Of a DNA stretch of 64,000 nt, positions 48,854 through 58,498 are shown piece by piece. The first letter of the stretch is position 1; each line of letters opens with the position of its first letter. This DNA is from Minisyncoccota bacterium (lineage in GTDB: Bacteria > Patescibacteriota > Minisyncoccia > Phycocordibacterales > DATDSR01). Below the pieces are notes generated by a model that was given only the letters and a program-made list of their open reading frames with translations, did not search any database and was not told the origin of the DNA. The DNA lies in assembly GCA_036517655.1 (NCBI GenBank), contig DATDVE010000023.1, forward strand, positions 1,358 through 65,357, read 5' to 3'. Both the position numbers and the translations under genes were made by a program.

Positions 48854-49177
48854 CTATTTTCGCAGGAGCTCGTCTATTCTCTGGCGGTTTTTCTCTCCTT
48901 GGTCAAGTACAAATTGAATTTTGGGGACATGGCGCATTTTTGTTTTCTGCGAGATGTACTCTCTTACGACTCCGGCATGTCTCTCGGCGAAGCCCAAGGC
49001 CGCCTTCTCACTCACAACGGGGAACACAGACATATAACATCTGGCCAGTTTGCCTTCGCCCAGAAGCTCTACTCGCGTAATTGTTATCAGGGCTTTGCGA
49101 TCTGACTCCTTCTCCAGGCACTCTGAAACCAGATCTCGGAATTCATCTGTTAATCTATTTTGTCGCCGCTCTCGCAT
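48854..49177 (-). CDS. rbfA: Ribosome-binding factor A
   Basis: ITITRVE, R.VP.I.F..D; follows infB. Confidence 0.88.
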   Translation of the reverse strand: MRERRQNRLTDEFRDLVSECLEKESDRKALITITRVELLGEGKLARCYMSVFPVVSEKAALGFAERHAGVVREYISQKTKMRHVPKIQFVLDQGEKNRQRIDELLRK

Positions 49178-49181
49178 CTAT

Positions 49182-50672
49182 TTAGGATTTAGTTGTGATC
49201 TCAAGTATATCGCCTTCAGCTATTGCAAGCTTAGATTCTATCACTGCGCCAAACTGCTCTCCCTCCGATACAGAGTCTGCATCGTTGCGCATTTTCTGGA
49301 GGTTAGCAATCTTGCCGTCGCCCACGATCTCATCGGCCCTCTTGATTCTTACCTTCTTGCTCTTTTCAAGCTTGCCCTCTATCACAATGCCGCCAATAAC
49401 CTGCTTGTCGCGAGTTTTACTGAAGGTTTTGAGAACTTTGGCCAGAGCAGTCACAGTTACGCTTTCCTCCTTCGGGCTTACACTCTGGACGTATTCGTCA
49501 AGCCACTCGGTAAGTTTGTAGATAATATCGAAGAGTCCAATCGCAATCCCGTTCTTGAGTGCAAGGTCAGTTGCATGCCTGTCGGCACTGACTCCGAAGC
49601 CGAGCACAACGGGTTTATCAGAGCCGAGAATAAATTTGATATCCGTCTCCGAAATTTCGCCCACCCCACTACTTACAAGTTTGATGGCTACCTTCTCTGT
49701 TGCATGCTTAGACAACTCTGCCATGAGAGCCTCAAGTGTCCCGGCGCTGTCGGCCTTGATTACGATCGGCACTATGATCTCTTTGCTTTCTTCAAGATTC
49801 GTAGCTTTGGCCGAGCTTCCCCTGCTACTTCTCGCAATCTCTGCCGCGTCCTCGGCACTGCGCTTATCGGCGAATACTGCCAAGTGCGCGCCCACCGCTG
49901 GTAACTCTGTGAACCCGCTTAAGATAACTGGTGTCGAAGCAATGGCGCTCTCGATCGCCTTACCTTCCCAATTATGCAGAGTTCTCGCCACAGACACATC
50001 TGTATCTACAAGCACCACATCACCCTTTTTCAGCACGCCATTCTTTATAACGAGCGTGGCCAGCGACCCCTTCTTAGGATCACGGTGAGATTCGACTACG
50101 ACACCTTCTCCTGCCGCGCTATTATCTGTAGTGAGCTCCGTGAGACTCGCGAGAAGAAGTATGAGTGACAGTAGTGTTGGGATGCCCTCTCCGGTCTTGC
50201 CAGAAACCGCTGCGAACGAAACCGTGCCGCCGTAACCTTCGAGGTAGACTTCCGCTTCAGCCAAACTTTGCTTGGCTCTTTCTATGTTGGCGCCAGATTT
50301 GTCGATCTTGGTTATGGCAACTACAAATGGCACATTTGCTTTCTTGATTGCATCAAGGACCTCGAGCGTCTGCGGCTTGACGCCATCGTCTGCGGCAACT
50401 ACCAGAATGGCGATATCTGCGACCGCCGCGCCTCGCTCGCGCATCTTGCCGAATGCCGCATGTCCCGGTGTGTCTATGAATGTGATGCGCTTGCTCTCGC
50501 CTTCGTATTCGTGCGTTACTTCGTAGGCAGCTGTGTGTTGGGTGATACCTCCCGCCTCACTTTCTACAACGTTTGTTTTCCTGATGTAATCAAGCAGGGT
50601 AGACTTGCCGTGGTCAACATGGCCAAGGACAACAACAACAGGCGGTCTTTCGGTTTTAGAATTATTTTCCAT
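49182..50672 (-). CDS. infB: Translation initiation factor IF-2 (short)
   Basis: [24 protein letters not shown]. Confidence 0.96.
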   Translation of the reverse strand: MENNSKTERPPVVVVLGHVDHGKSTLLDYIRKTNVVESEAGGITQHTAAYEVTHEYEGESKRITFIDTPGHAAFGKMRERGAAVADIAILVVAADDGVKPQTLEVLDAIKKANVPFVVAITKIDKSGANIERAKQSLAEAEVYLEGYGGTVSFAAVSGKTGEGIPTLLSLILLLASLTELTTDNSAAGEGVVVESHRDPKKGSLATLVIKNGVLKKGDVVLVDTDVSVARTLHNWEGKAIESAIASTPVILSGFTELPAVGAHLAVFADKRSAEDAAEIARSSRGSSAKATNLEESKEIIVPIVIKADSAGTLEALMAELSKHATEKVAIKLVSSGVGEISETDIKFILGSDKPVVLGFGVSADRHATDLALKNGIAIGLFDIIYKLTEWLDEYVQSVSPKEESVTVTALAKVLKTFSKTRDKQVIGGIVIEGKLEKSKKVRIKRADEIVGDGKIANLQKMRNDADSVSEGEQFGAVIESKLAIAEGDILEITTKS

Positions 50673-50699
50673 GGTTGTGTTGTTGTACTCTTCACGATA

Positions 50700-51143
50700 T
50701 CAATTAGATGTGATACGCGCTATCAATTCTCGTTCCTCGTCCGACAATTCGTGATCACTTGACCTACCCTTGATAGGTTTGGCATAGACACTCGATTTGT
50801 CTCTGCTCCAAAGTCCAGTAAAGACAACTCCGTCGCCCCTCTCATCCGCAAGCAATGTGCTCCAGCTCTGATTGCCACCCTGGTCGCGGAAGGGGTTGAA
50901 GCGTACGGTCTCTACCCATTGCACGCTCTTTTTTACTCTCCCATCAATCTCGCTTATTCTCTCATCGGTGGTCTGCTTGTGGACAAACAATTTCGTAAGT
51001 TCGTCCCGCAAGCGCACTATTGTGTCCTCGAGTGTCTTGGCATTCTTGCCCGCGAGCAAGCGCGAGATCCTAAATTCAAGCCGGATGACCCATGCCAGAA
51101 GCACAACTAAAGCGGCTATAAGAATATAAGAAAGAGTGCTCAT
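50700..51143 (-). CDS. DUF4446-like protein
   Basis: TM plus coiled coil plus RFNPF...GG.QS...L.D..G.G. Confidence 0.75.
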   Translation of the reverse strand: MSTLSYILIAALVVLLAWVIRLEFRISRLLAGKNAKTLEDTIVRLRDELTKLFVHKQTTDERISEIDGRVKKSVQWVETVRFNPFRDQGGNQSWSTLLADERGDGVVFTGLWSRDKSSVYAKPIKGRSSDHELSDEERELIARITSN

Positions 51144-51222
51144 GCTACAGGATGCATACTAACGCTTCCAAGGGATCTTTGCAATAAGAATAAATATATG
51201 TAGTATCACGGCAGGAGGTCAC

Positions 51223-51903
51223 ATGCAGATCCACGGTCGCAATATCGCCGGGGTCGGATTCGACCTCGACGGCACTCTCATTCATTCGGAAGAGATCAAC
51301 ATTCGGGCAGTAGTAGCCACATGCCGACAGTTCCAAATCCCATACGAGCTCAAGGACAAGCGAGAACTCTTGGGCAGAACCAATACCCAGATCTTTACCG
51401 AGATCACAAACAGACTGGGTTTGGGCACGGCGATAGATGTGCGGGAACTCTCACGGCACAAGAGGGAGTACTTCGTCGGACATCTCTCTGAAGCCCAAGA
51501 AGTGGCGGGAGCGGTGAAATTCGTTCGGGCCGTGCGACGGCTTGGACTTGCCACTGCGATCGCCACCGCAGCCTCGAACATTTCGCTCGACGCGGCACTT
51601 GGGGCACTCCTGCTCTCGCGGGAGGAGTTCTCGGTGCTCATGCCAGCTGATTCGTTGCCGCGAGATCGTGCTAAGCCGCATCCGCATCACTGGGCAGAGA
51701 CTGCCAGACTGGCTGGTGTCGGCGCACTGGAGTTCCTGGTCATCGAGGATACGCCACGCAGTGCGATGTCTGCTGTCGAAGCAGGGTGCTTCACCTGCGG
51801 GATCCTGACCACTCACAGCAGGGAGGAGCTACTTGAGGCCGGGACGGACTTTGTTGTGGAGTCCTTCGCAGAGCTTGCCCGACTTGCGGGTCTTGATTTA
51901 TGA
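51223..51903 (+). CDS. HAD-family phosphatase
   Basis: FDLDGTL, KPHP, IEDT; AGGAGG SD; hairpin 51901..51928. Confidence 0.9.
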   Translation: MQIHGRNIAGVGFDLDGTLIHSEEINIRAVVATCRQFQIPYELKDKRELLGRTNTQIFTEITNRLGLGTAIDVRELSRHKREYFVGHLSEAQEVAGAVKFVRAVRRLGLATAIATAASNISLDAALGALLLSREEFSVLMPADSLPRDRAKPHPHHWAETARLAGVGALEFLVIEDTPRSAMSAVEAGCFTCGILTTHSREELLEAGTDFVVESFAELARLAGLDL

Positions 51904-51955
51904 CGGCCACTACCACAGGTGGCCGTCAAGCATTTCTGCTATTATGTTTCATATT

Positions 51956-53080
51956 ATGAAGGAGCGCATATTTTTAGATAACGCTGCGGGGCGCAATAAT
52001 CCCAACGCAATTTATCACGAGGGTCGCGAAGCGCGCGCGCGACTTGAGAGTGCACGGGCAAGAATTGCAAAAGTGCTAAGCGTTGCCACCGACGAAATAA
52101 TTTTCACCCCCTGGGGCACAGAGGCAAATATCCTAGTTACCGCTTCACTCCAAAGCGGTTTAACCGCTGAGAAATCGCATGTCATAACCACACAGATAGA
52201 GCACAAGAGCATGCTCGATGCGCTCAAGCATTTCCCGAAAGTAACTTATTTAAAGCCTGATCACGAAGGCCTGATTTCAGTCAAGCAAGTTGAGCAAGCA
52301 TTGCGACCAGAGACAAAACTCGTGAGCATCATGTATGCAAATAACGAAATAGGCACAATCCAGCCGATCAAGGAAATCGCAAGAATGTTAAGGCGAAAGG
52401 GAACTCGCTCTGCTGAAGTCCTCGGAAAAAATCCCCAGACTGTCAGCATAACGAGTTCCCATTCGCCCCAGCCACTTTTTCATAGTGACTGTGTGCAAGC
52501 TCCAGGGCTTTTGCCGATTAATATGCAGAGTTTGGGTGTGGACCTGGCAAGTTTCAGCGCGGCTAAGTTTGGCGGACCAGATGGTATTGGCTTTCTGTTC
52601 AGGCGCAGGGGAGTCGAATTGCCGGGGGTGCGAGATGCCGGAGCAGTTGATCTAGTTGAGCAAATGGCGGTGTCTCTCGAGAAAGCTAGCAAGCTAACAG
52701 GCCAACAAGCTAAAAAGCTAGAAACTCTGCGAGATTACTTTATAGCTGAAGTTCTCAAGAACACCGGGGCTCTACTAAATGGTTCACACGAAGTGAGGCT
52801 GGCGAATAATGCTAATTTTGTTTTCCCGATTGACTCTGAATTGCTTGTGCTAGAACTTGATAGATACGGCATCGCCGCATCAGCTGGTGCCGCATGTAGC
52901 TCGGGAGAATGTGACGAAGGCTCGCATGTTATACTTGCTCTCGGTAAAAGTAAGAAAGAGTCTAACCAGTCCGTCAGATTCTCACTGGGTTACGATACAA
53001 AAAAGAGTGATCTAGATTATGTAGTAAAAATTTTAAGAAAAGTTATAAATAAACACACAAATTTATGGCAGAAGAACTAA
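51956..53080 (+). CDS. Cysteine desulfurase (IscS/NifS-like, divergent)
   Basis: IFLDNAA, MYANNEIGT, HSD..Q, S..KFGGP, SAGAACSS. Confidence 0.85.
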   Translation: MKERIFLDNAAGRNNPNAIYHEGREARARLESARARIAKVLSVATDEIIFTPWGTEANILVTASLQSGLTAEKSHVITTQIEHKSMLDALKHFPKVTYLKPDHEGLISVKQVEQALRPETKLVSIMYANNEIGTIQPIKEIARMLRRKGTRSAEVLGKNPQTVSITSSHSPQPLFHSDCVQAPGLLPINMQSLGVDLASFSAAKFGGPDGIGFLFRRRGVELPGVRDAGAVDLVEQMAVSLEKASKLTGQQAKKLETLRDYFIAEVLKNTGALLNGSHEVRLANNANFVFPIDSELLVLELDRYGIAASAGAACSSGECDEGSHVILALGKSKKESNQSVRFSLGYDTKKSDLDYVVKILRKVINKHTNLWQKN

Positions 53081-53658
53081 AGATTAGCGATAAAACAAAA
53101 CAGATTCACAAAGATAAACTTTATGCAGGTTATGTAGCGAAAGAAAAGGAAGTCGGGGATAAGTTAGTAGAATTAAGAGACAAAATAATCGCGGGCACTG
53201 CACCGGGTGGCAACGCGACATACAGTGAGTTGCGTGCGCTAAAAGACGCTGAGAACTTCGCTACCAATGCAGTTTACTTGCATGAGTGGTACTTTGGTGT
53301 TCAGGAGGGAGATGCAGATTATGCCAAAGCACCAGAATTAGCTAAGGCACTAACAGAGAAATGGGGAAGTATGGAAAATGCGATCAAATATGTGAGCGAA
53401 TGCGGCATGGCGGCCCGTGGTTGGGCAGTGGTAGCTTGGGATACAAAAGATGGCAACTTGCGGCAATATAATGCAGATGCGCACAACCAAGGGGGAGTGT
53501 GGGGTTGCCTTCCCATCATTGTGCTGGACGTCTACGAACATGCGTACTTCATCGATTTTGGCGCAGACAGAAAGAGTTATATAGAAGCATATTGGAAGAA
53601 CTTTAATTGGGCGGCTGCGGAGCAGATGTATCTAAAAGTTCGCGGCTTGACTTTATAG
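53065..53658 (+). CDS. Fe/Mn superoxide dismutase family protein
   Basis: H, LHE.YF, DVYEHAY ligands. Confidence 0.88.
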   Translation: MAEELKISDKTKQIHKDKLYAGYVAKEKEVGDKLVELRDKIIAGTAPGGNATYSELRALKDAENFATNAVYLHEWYFGVQEGDADYAKAPELAKALTEKWGSMENAIKYVSECGMAARGWAVVAWDTKDGNLRQYNADAHNQGGVWGCLPIIVLDVYEHAYFIDFGADRKSYIEAYWKNFNWAAAEQMYLKVRGLTL

Positions 53659-53675
53659 AGGGGGGGGGGTAGAAT
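53647..53675 (+). promoter_or_regulatory. Sigma70-type promoter with G10 tract in the spacer
   Basis: TTGACT-17 nt-TAGAAT; G x10 at 53660..53669. Confidence 0.7.
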
Positions 53676-53706
53676 CAAGTCGGTTCGAACCATGGTTCGG
53701 TGAGGA

Positions 53707-53982
53707 ATGAAGCGTGTAGACTTTCCGTATTCGCGCAGGGACGGGCGTTACCTTGGAGAAGGTGCGTTAAACCACATACTCGCCACGACGGGTTATGCCG
53801 GGAGTTACCAGACAACTGGCCTCTCGCCTGGGAAACAACGTGGGCCAAGCCCCCTGCTACCTTACGTAGAAACTGTACCCGCTTCTCACCCTGCTCGGGC
53901 TGGATACCCGAGGCAGGTTACCAAGCCGAACTGCTTTACGCCGGGTGGACGCAAGTCCACCCGGCTTTCCCGTTGTCTGTAA
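53707..53982 (+). CDS. Hypothetical protein
   Basis: GAGG before ATG; downstream of the above promoter; no recognisable domain. Confidence 0.4.
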   Translation: MKRVDFPYSRRDGRYLGEGALNHILATTGYAGSYQTTGLSPGKQRGPSPLLPYVETVPASHPARAGYPRQVTKPNCFTPGGRKSTRLSRCL

Positions 53983-54039
53983 GTAATATACCTGCGTAAC
54001 GGGGGTGACTCTATGGCGTCTTTTGCTATAATGGAAGCA

Positions 54040-54876
54040 ATGAATCTGGAACAACTTAGTAAAACTCAAATTGTGCTTTTGACACTTTTCGTTTCTTTTG
54101 TTACTTCTATTGCTACTGGCATCGTCACAGTCACTTTAGTCGAGCAGGCACCTTCGGACGTTACGCGTACCATCAACACAGTTGTGGAGAGAACGGTGGA
54201 GAAGGTTGTACCGGGCGAGACGCGCATCGTGGAGCGGATCAAAGAGATCAGTAACCCCACAGAGAGTGACTTGGCTATCGGTGCGATTGATAAGACGCAG
54301 AACGTTCTGGTCATTGCTCGCACCTCACTCGGCACGCGGGTGAAAGGTTTCTTCGTGAGCAATAAAGGTGAGGCGCTGGTCATGGCCCCGGCCGGAGTAG
54401 ATGTTGGTAACGAACTTGGCCTCACTTGGATAGGCAGTGGTACCACCACAATGATATCGGTGAAGGTCAAAAAGATAGATCAGGAACTCGGGGTTATGAT
54501 CGTTGCTCCATCAGAGAGTCAAAAAATTCTCTATCCGTATGTAAATCTCTCTGCTGTGCCGGTGCCAGCGCTCGGCCAGCGCGTGATCTCGATCGGTTAC
54601 TCGGATGACTTGGGCGTCAAGATCGAATTTGGCAATGTGATCGGGATACTTGATGCCAAGGAAGATGAAGGTGCCCGCCGATTCCTGACCTCGCTATCCG
54701 GCAGTAACTCCAATATTGGCGCGCCTGTTGTAGATGTAAGTGCGAGAGTGATGGGCATTGAGGTGGGCCGCGGCGCCAGTCAGTCAGAAGGTTCGGTCGT
54801 GATCCCACTCTCGAGGCTATCGGCCTTGATTGGCTCTATAGCCGGCGCCTCTACTACAACCCCATTGACAAACTAG
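54040..54876 (+). CDS. Membrane-anchored trypsin-like fold protein, probably inactive
   Basis: LLTLFVSFVTSIATGIVTV N-terminus; G.PVV...G.V.GI; no GNSGG. Confidence 0.7.
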   Translation: MNLEQLSKTQIVLLTLFVSFVTSIATGIVTVTLVEQAPSDVTRTINTVVERTVEKVVPGETRIVERIKEISNPTESDLAIGAIDKTQNVLVIARTSLGTRVKGFFVSNKGEALVMAPAGVDVGNELGLTWIGSGTTTMISVKVKKIDQELGVMIVAPSESQKILYPYVNLSAVPVPALGQRVISIGYSDDLGVKIEFGNVIGILDAKEDEGARRFLTSLSGSNSNIGAPVVDVSARVMGIEVGRGASQSEGSVVIPLSRLSALIGSIAGASTTTPLTN

Positions 54877-54926
54877 GTTCTATGTCTTAATCTAATATCT
54901 AATACCTAACATCTAGTACCTAACCT

Positions 54927-57638
54927 ATGATTCCCTTCAATAACTTCACATCCAAGGCACGAGAAGCAGTTCGCAAGGCTCATGAGCTGGTAATTGAGCG
55001 TGGCCAGAATTCTGTCCGGCCTATTCATCTACTGGCGGCTCTGATAATTCAGGAAGAGAGCGTGATCATGTCTGTGCTCGATAAGCTTGGCGTGGATACA
55101 GTGCTACTCACTGATCAACTACTCGAGAATATGGAGGGTTCTGGTGAGGGCGGTTCGGTGGCGGCGCCGTCGTACCAAATATATTTCACACCCGAACTAG
55201 TCAAAGTTCTGGACGAGTCCGGGAGAATGGCCGCAATCTTGCGCGACGAGTTCATCAATACAGAACATCTCTTCTTGGCTCTACTCGAGGTGCCTTCTGT
55301 GGCCCGCGATATCCTAGTTCGTTTCAGGATTAATAGAGATGAAGTGTTCAAGGTTATCGAAGAGATGAGGGCAAGCGGCTCGAGTGCCTCGCCGCAAGTG
55401 TCGAGCAAGAAGACCAAGGCTCTTGATAAATATACTCGCGATCTCACCGAACTTGCATTGCACGAGAAGCTTGATCCGGTTATCGGTCGCGACAATGAGA
55501 TCAGACGCACGATCGAGATTCTATCTAGGCGCACAAAGAATAATCCCATACTGATTGGTGAACCGGGCGTGGGTAAGACGGCTATTGCAGAGGGCCTCGC
55601 TGTGAGGATAGCTAAGCAGGATGTGCCGGAATACTTGCGCGATAAGCGTATTGTGTCACTCGATCTCGGCTCTCTTCTTGCCGGCACGAAATATAGGGGT
55701 GAGTTCGAAGACAGGCTCAAAAATATAATCAAAGAGATAGAGAAGTCTGAGGGCAAGATCGTGCTCTTCATAGATGAGATCCATACTATTGTTGGGGCTG
55801 GCTCTGCCGAAGGATCGGTGGATGCGGCCAATATGCTGAAGCCTGCCCTTGCCCGTGGCGAATTGCGAGCTATTGGCGCCACTACGCTTAAGGAGTATCA
55901 GAAGTACATTGAGAAGGATCAGGCTCTGGCCCGCCGCTTCCAGCCTGTGTATGTCGAAGAGCCGACACTTGAAGATGCAACGGCGATCTTGAGGGGTCTC
56001 AAAGAGAAATATGAATTACATCATGGGGTGCGCATCACGGATGCTGCAATCCAGGCTGCGGTCAATCTCTCTGCGCGCTATATATCTGACAGATTCTTGC
56101 CGGACAAGGCTATTGATCTTGTAGATGAGGCTGCGAGCGCCTTACGTTTGCAGCTTGAGAATAAACCAGCGGCGCTCGAGGATTCGCACCGGAAGATTAT
56201 GCGACTCGAGATCGAGCGTGAAGCTCTCAAGAAAGAGCTTGCTGATAACACCGGTGATGAGAAGACGCACAGGAACAGGTTGAAGGACATAGAAAAAGAG
56301 GTAGCGGATCTGCGTGAGGAAACAAAAGAACTTGAGCTCAAGTGGCAGAACGAGAAGGAGACTATTGCTTCTGTGCGGGGAGCTAAGAAGGAACTTGAAT
56401 TATTGCGCCAAGAGGCCGGACGTGCAGAGGCTCATGCTGATCTTGCCAAGGCAGCCGAAATTAGATACGGCAAGATACCGGCCAAGGAGAAGGATTTGAA
56501 CACGGCCGAAACCAGACTTGGTAAACTTCAGCGATCTCGCAGAATACTGCGCGAAGAGATTACCGAGCAAGACATAGCTGGAGTCGTGGCCAGATGGACC
56601 GGCATACCCGTTCTGCGTATGCTCGAGGAAGAGGCGCAGAAGCTCTTGCGCATGGAGGATGATCTGCGCAAACGCGTACTTGGTCAAGACGATGCGATTT
56701 CTAAGATTGCCAACGCTGTCCGTCGCTCGCGCGCGGGGATCGGGGACCTCGACAGGCCCATTGGTTCATTCATGTTCTTGGGGCCCACGGGTGTGGGCAA
56801 GACAGAGCTTGCGCGGGCGCTCGCCGAGTTCATGTTCAACGACGAGAAGTCACTTGTGCGCATAGACATGAGTGAATATATGGAGAGGCATAGTGTGAGC
56901 AAATTAATCGGCTCACCTCCGGGCTATGTGGGTTACGATGAAGGTGGCGGATTGACAGAGATTATACGTCATAGGCCATACTCGGTTATATTGTTTGACG
57001 AAGTGGAGAAGGCCCACCCAGAAGTGTTTAACATTCTTCTTCAGGTTCTGGACAACGGCAGGTTGACGGATAGTAAGGGCAGAATTGTGAACTTCAAGAA
57101 CTCAATCATTATCCTCACATCAAACATTGGCGCAGAGTATCTGAATAGAATGCACTCGATTGGCTTCTCGGCACCGGGCAAGGAGGAAGGCGGCATGGAT
57201 ATAGAGCGCATGAACGAGAAGATTCTCGAAAGCCTCAAAGATCACTTCAGGCCAGAATTCTTGAACCGACTTGACGACATAATAATCTTCAAGGTGCTTG
57301 ATAGAAACGTGGTCAAGAGTATTGTGGGTATCCAGGTTGGATTTGTTAAGACTAGGCTTGCCGATAAGGGCATCACCCTTGCCGTGGGAGACGAAGTACT
57401 TGGCTATCTTGCCGAGAATGGTTATGATCAGAATTACGGTGCAAGACCACTCAAGCGTCTTATCCAAGATAAGATTCTTAATCCCGTTGCCAGCCAGATT
57501 ATTGCGCGCAAGGTGGAAAGTGGAGGTGAAGTTGCTGTCGACCTGGCCGCTGATAAGAAGGGTCTGGTTGTCTCTGTGAAAAAAACTGGGAAGAAGAGAG
57601 GCCGCTCCCAGCAAGTAGAAGAATCTGTGCGAGTCTGA
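54927..57638 (+). CDS. clpB: Chaperone ClpB
   Basis: Two AAA modules (GEPGVGKT, GPTGVGKT) and long middle coiled coil (AAEIRYG.IP). Confidence 0.93.
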   Translation: MIPFNNFTSKAREAVRKAHELVIERGQNSVRPIHLLAALIIQEESVIMSVLDKLGVDTVLLTDQLLENMEGSGEGGSVAAPSYQIYFTPELVKVLDESGRMAAILRDEFINTEHLFLALLEVPSVARDILVRFRINRDEVFKVIEEMRASGSSASPQVSSKKTKALDKYTRDLTELALHEKLDPVIGRDNEIRRTIEILSRRTKNNPILIGEPGVGKTAIAEGLAVRIAKQDVPEYLRDKRIVSLDLGSLLAGTKYRGEFEDRLKNIIKEIEKSEGKIVLFIDEIHTIVGAGSAEGSVDAANMLKPALARGELRAIGATTLKEYQKYIEKDQALARRFQPVYVEEPTLEDATAILRGLKEKYELHHGVRITDAAIQAAVNLSARYISDRFLPDKAIDLVDEAASALRLQLENKPAALEDSHRKIMRLEIEREALKKELADNTGDEKTHRNRLKDIEKEVADLREETKELELKWQNEKETIASVRGAKKELELLRQEAGRAEAHADLAKAAEIRYGKIPAKEKDLNTAETRLGKLQRSRRILREEITEQDIAGVVARWTGIPVLRMLEEEAQKLLRMEDDLRKRVLGQDDAISKIANAVRRSRAGIGDLDRPIGSFMFLGPTGVGKTELARALAEFMFNDEKSLVRIDMSEYMERHSVSKLIGSPPGYVGYDEGGGLTEIIRHRPYSVILFDEVEKAHPEVFNILLQVLDNGRLTDSKGRIVNFKNSIIILTSNIGAEYLNRMHSIGFSAPGKEEGGMDIERMNEKILESLKDHFRPEFLNRLDDIIIFKVLDRNVVKSIVGIQVGFVKTRLADKGITLAVGDEVLGYLAENGYDQNYGARPLKRLIQDKILNPVASQIIARKVESGGEVAVDLAADKKGLVVSVKKTGKKRGRSQQVEESVRV

Positions 57639-57677
57639 TAAAATCGAACTTGGCCTTCGTAGTCTGCAAGAAGGAAG

Positions 57678-57760
57678 GCTGGGATACTCAAGTGGTCAAC
57701 GAGGGGAGACTGTAAATCTCCTGCCTATAGGCTTCGCAGGTTCGAATCCTGCTCCCAGCA
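57678..57760 (+). tRNA. tRNA-Tyr(GTA)
   Basis: Loop CTGTAAA; long variable arm. Confidence 0.94.
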
Positions 57761-57905
57761 TCACGTAAAATCCCGCTTCGCGGGATCACGTGACGCAGTC
57801 GCCTCGTGGTCACTAGACTTTACGAGGCAGTCACTGAGACTGCGAGTGGTGATTTTACGTGCCCCGTGGGAGCTTGCAAAGCAAGCGACTTTACGGGGAG
57901 GAATC

Positions 57906-58181
57906 ATGTACTACGTTGTTTACATCCTCGAGGATCAGTCTGACAAGACCTGGTATACCGGGTATACGAGTGATCTCAATAGAAGAATGAAAGAGCATGA
58001 GGGCAAGCGCAGTCCCTATACAAGCAGGAAAGGCCAAATGAAACTTATCTACGCCGAGATGTATTTGCACAAGATGGATGCAATTGGACGAGAAACTTTT
58101 CTCAAGAGTGGGTCGGGACATAGATTTGTCAAGAAACAACTAGCCAATTACTTATCTGGACCGCTGATTGCCAAGGGATAA
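57906..58181 (+). CDS. Stand-alone GIY-YIG nuclease
   Basis: YVVYIL...WYTGYT.DL..R..EH...RE..LKSG.G. Confidence 0.9.
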   Translation: MYYVVYILEDQSDKTWYTGYTSDLNRRMKEHEGKRSPYTSRKGQMKLIYAEMYLHKMDAIGRETFLKSGSGHRFVKKQLANYLSGPLIAKG

Positions 58182-58241
58182 AGGAGGAGTAGTTTTGCAG
58201 CAGCAGTTGCATTTTTTGTCTTTCTCGTATAACCTACCCCC

Positions 58242-58409
58242 ATGCCACAACCACATTTGATCAAGCTTGCCTGTAGCAAATGCAAGCGCATTAACTATTG
58301 GTCCAGCAAGAACAAGAAGAACAAAAAGGGTATAGACCGCAAAATCGAACTCAAGAAGTATTGCCGCTGGTGCAAAGCACATACGGTACACAAGCAAGCC
58401 AAAAAGTAG
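58242..58409 (+). CDS. rpmG: 50S ribosomal protein L33 (absent from the ORF track)
   Basis: MPQPHLIKLACSKCKRINYW...IELKKYCRWCKAHTVHKQAKK. Confidence 0.95.
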   Translation: MPQPHLIKLACSKCKRINYWSSKNKKNKKGIDRKIELKKYCRWCKAHTVHKQAKK

Positions 58410-58424
58410 TAAGCTATTCCCGTA

Positions 58425-58495
58425 GGGTCCATAGTTAAATGGTATAATTCCAGTCTCCAAAACTGGAGTTCTTGGTTCGATTCCAAGTGGGCCCG
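58425..58495 (+). tRNA. tRNA-Trp(CCA)
   Basis: Loop CTCCAAA. Confidence 0.93.
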
Positions 58496-58498
58496 CAT

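Noticed and set aside
48554-49105. 183-aa plus-strand ORF
   Set aside because: It is antisense to tRNA-Leu, tRNA-Cys and rbfA
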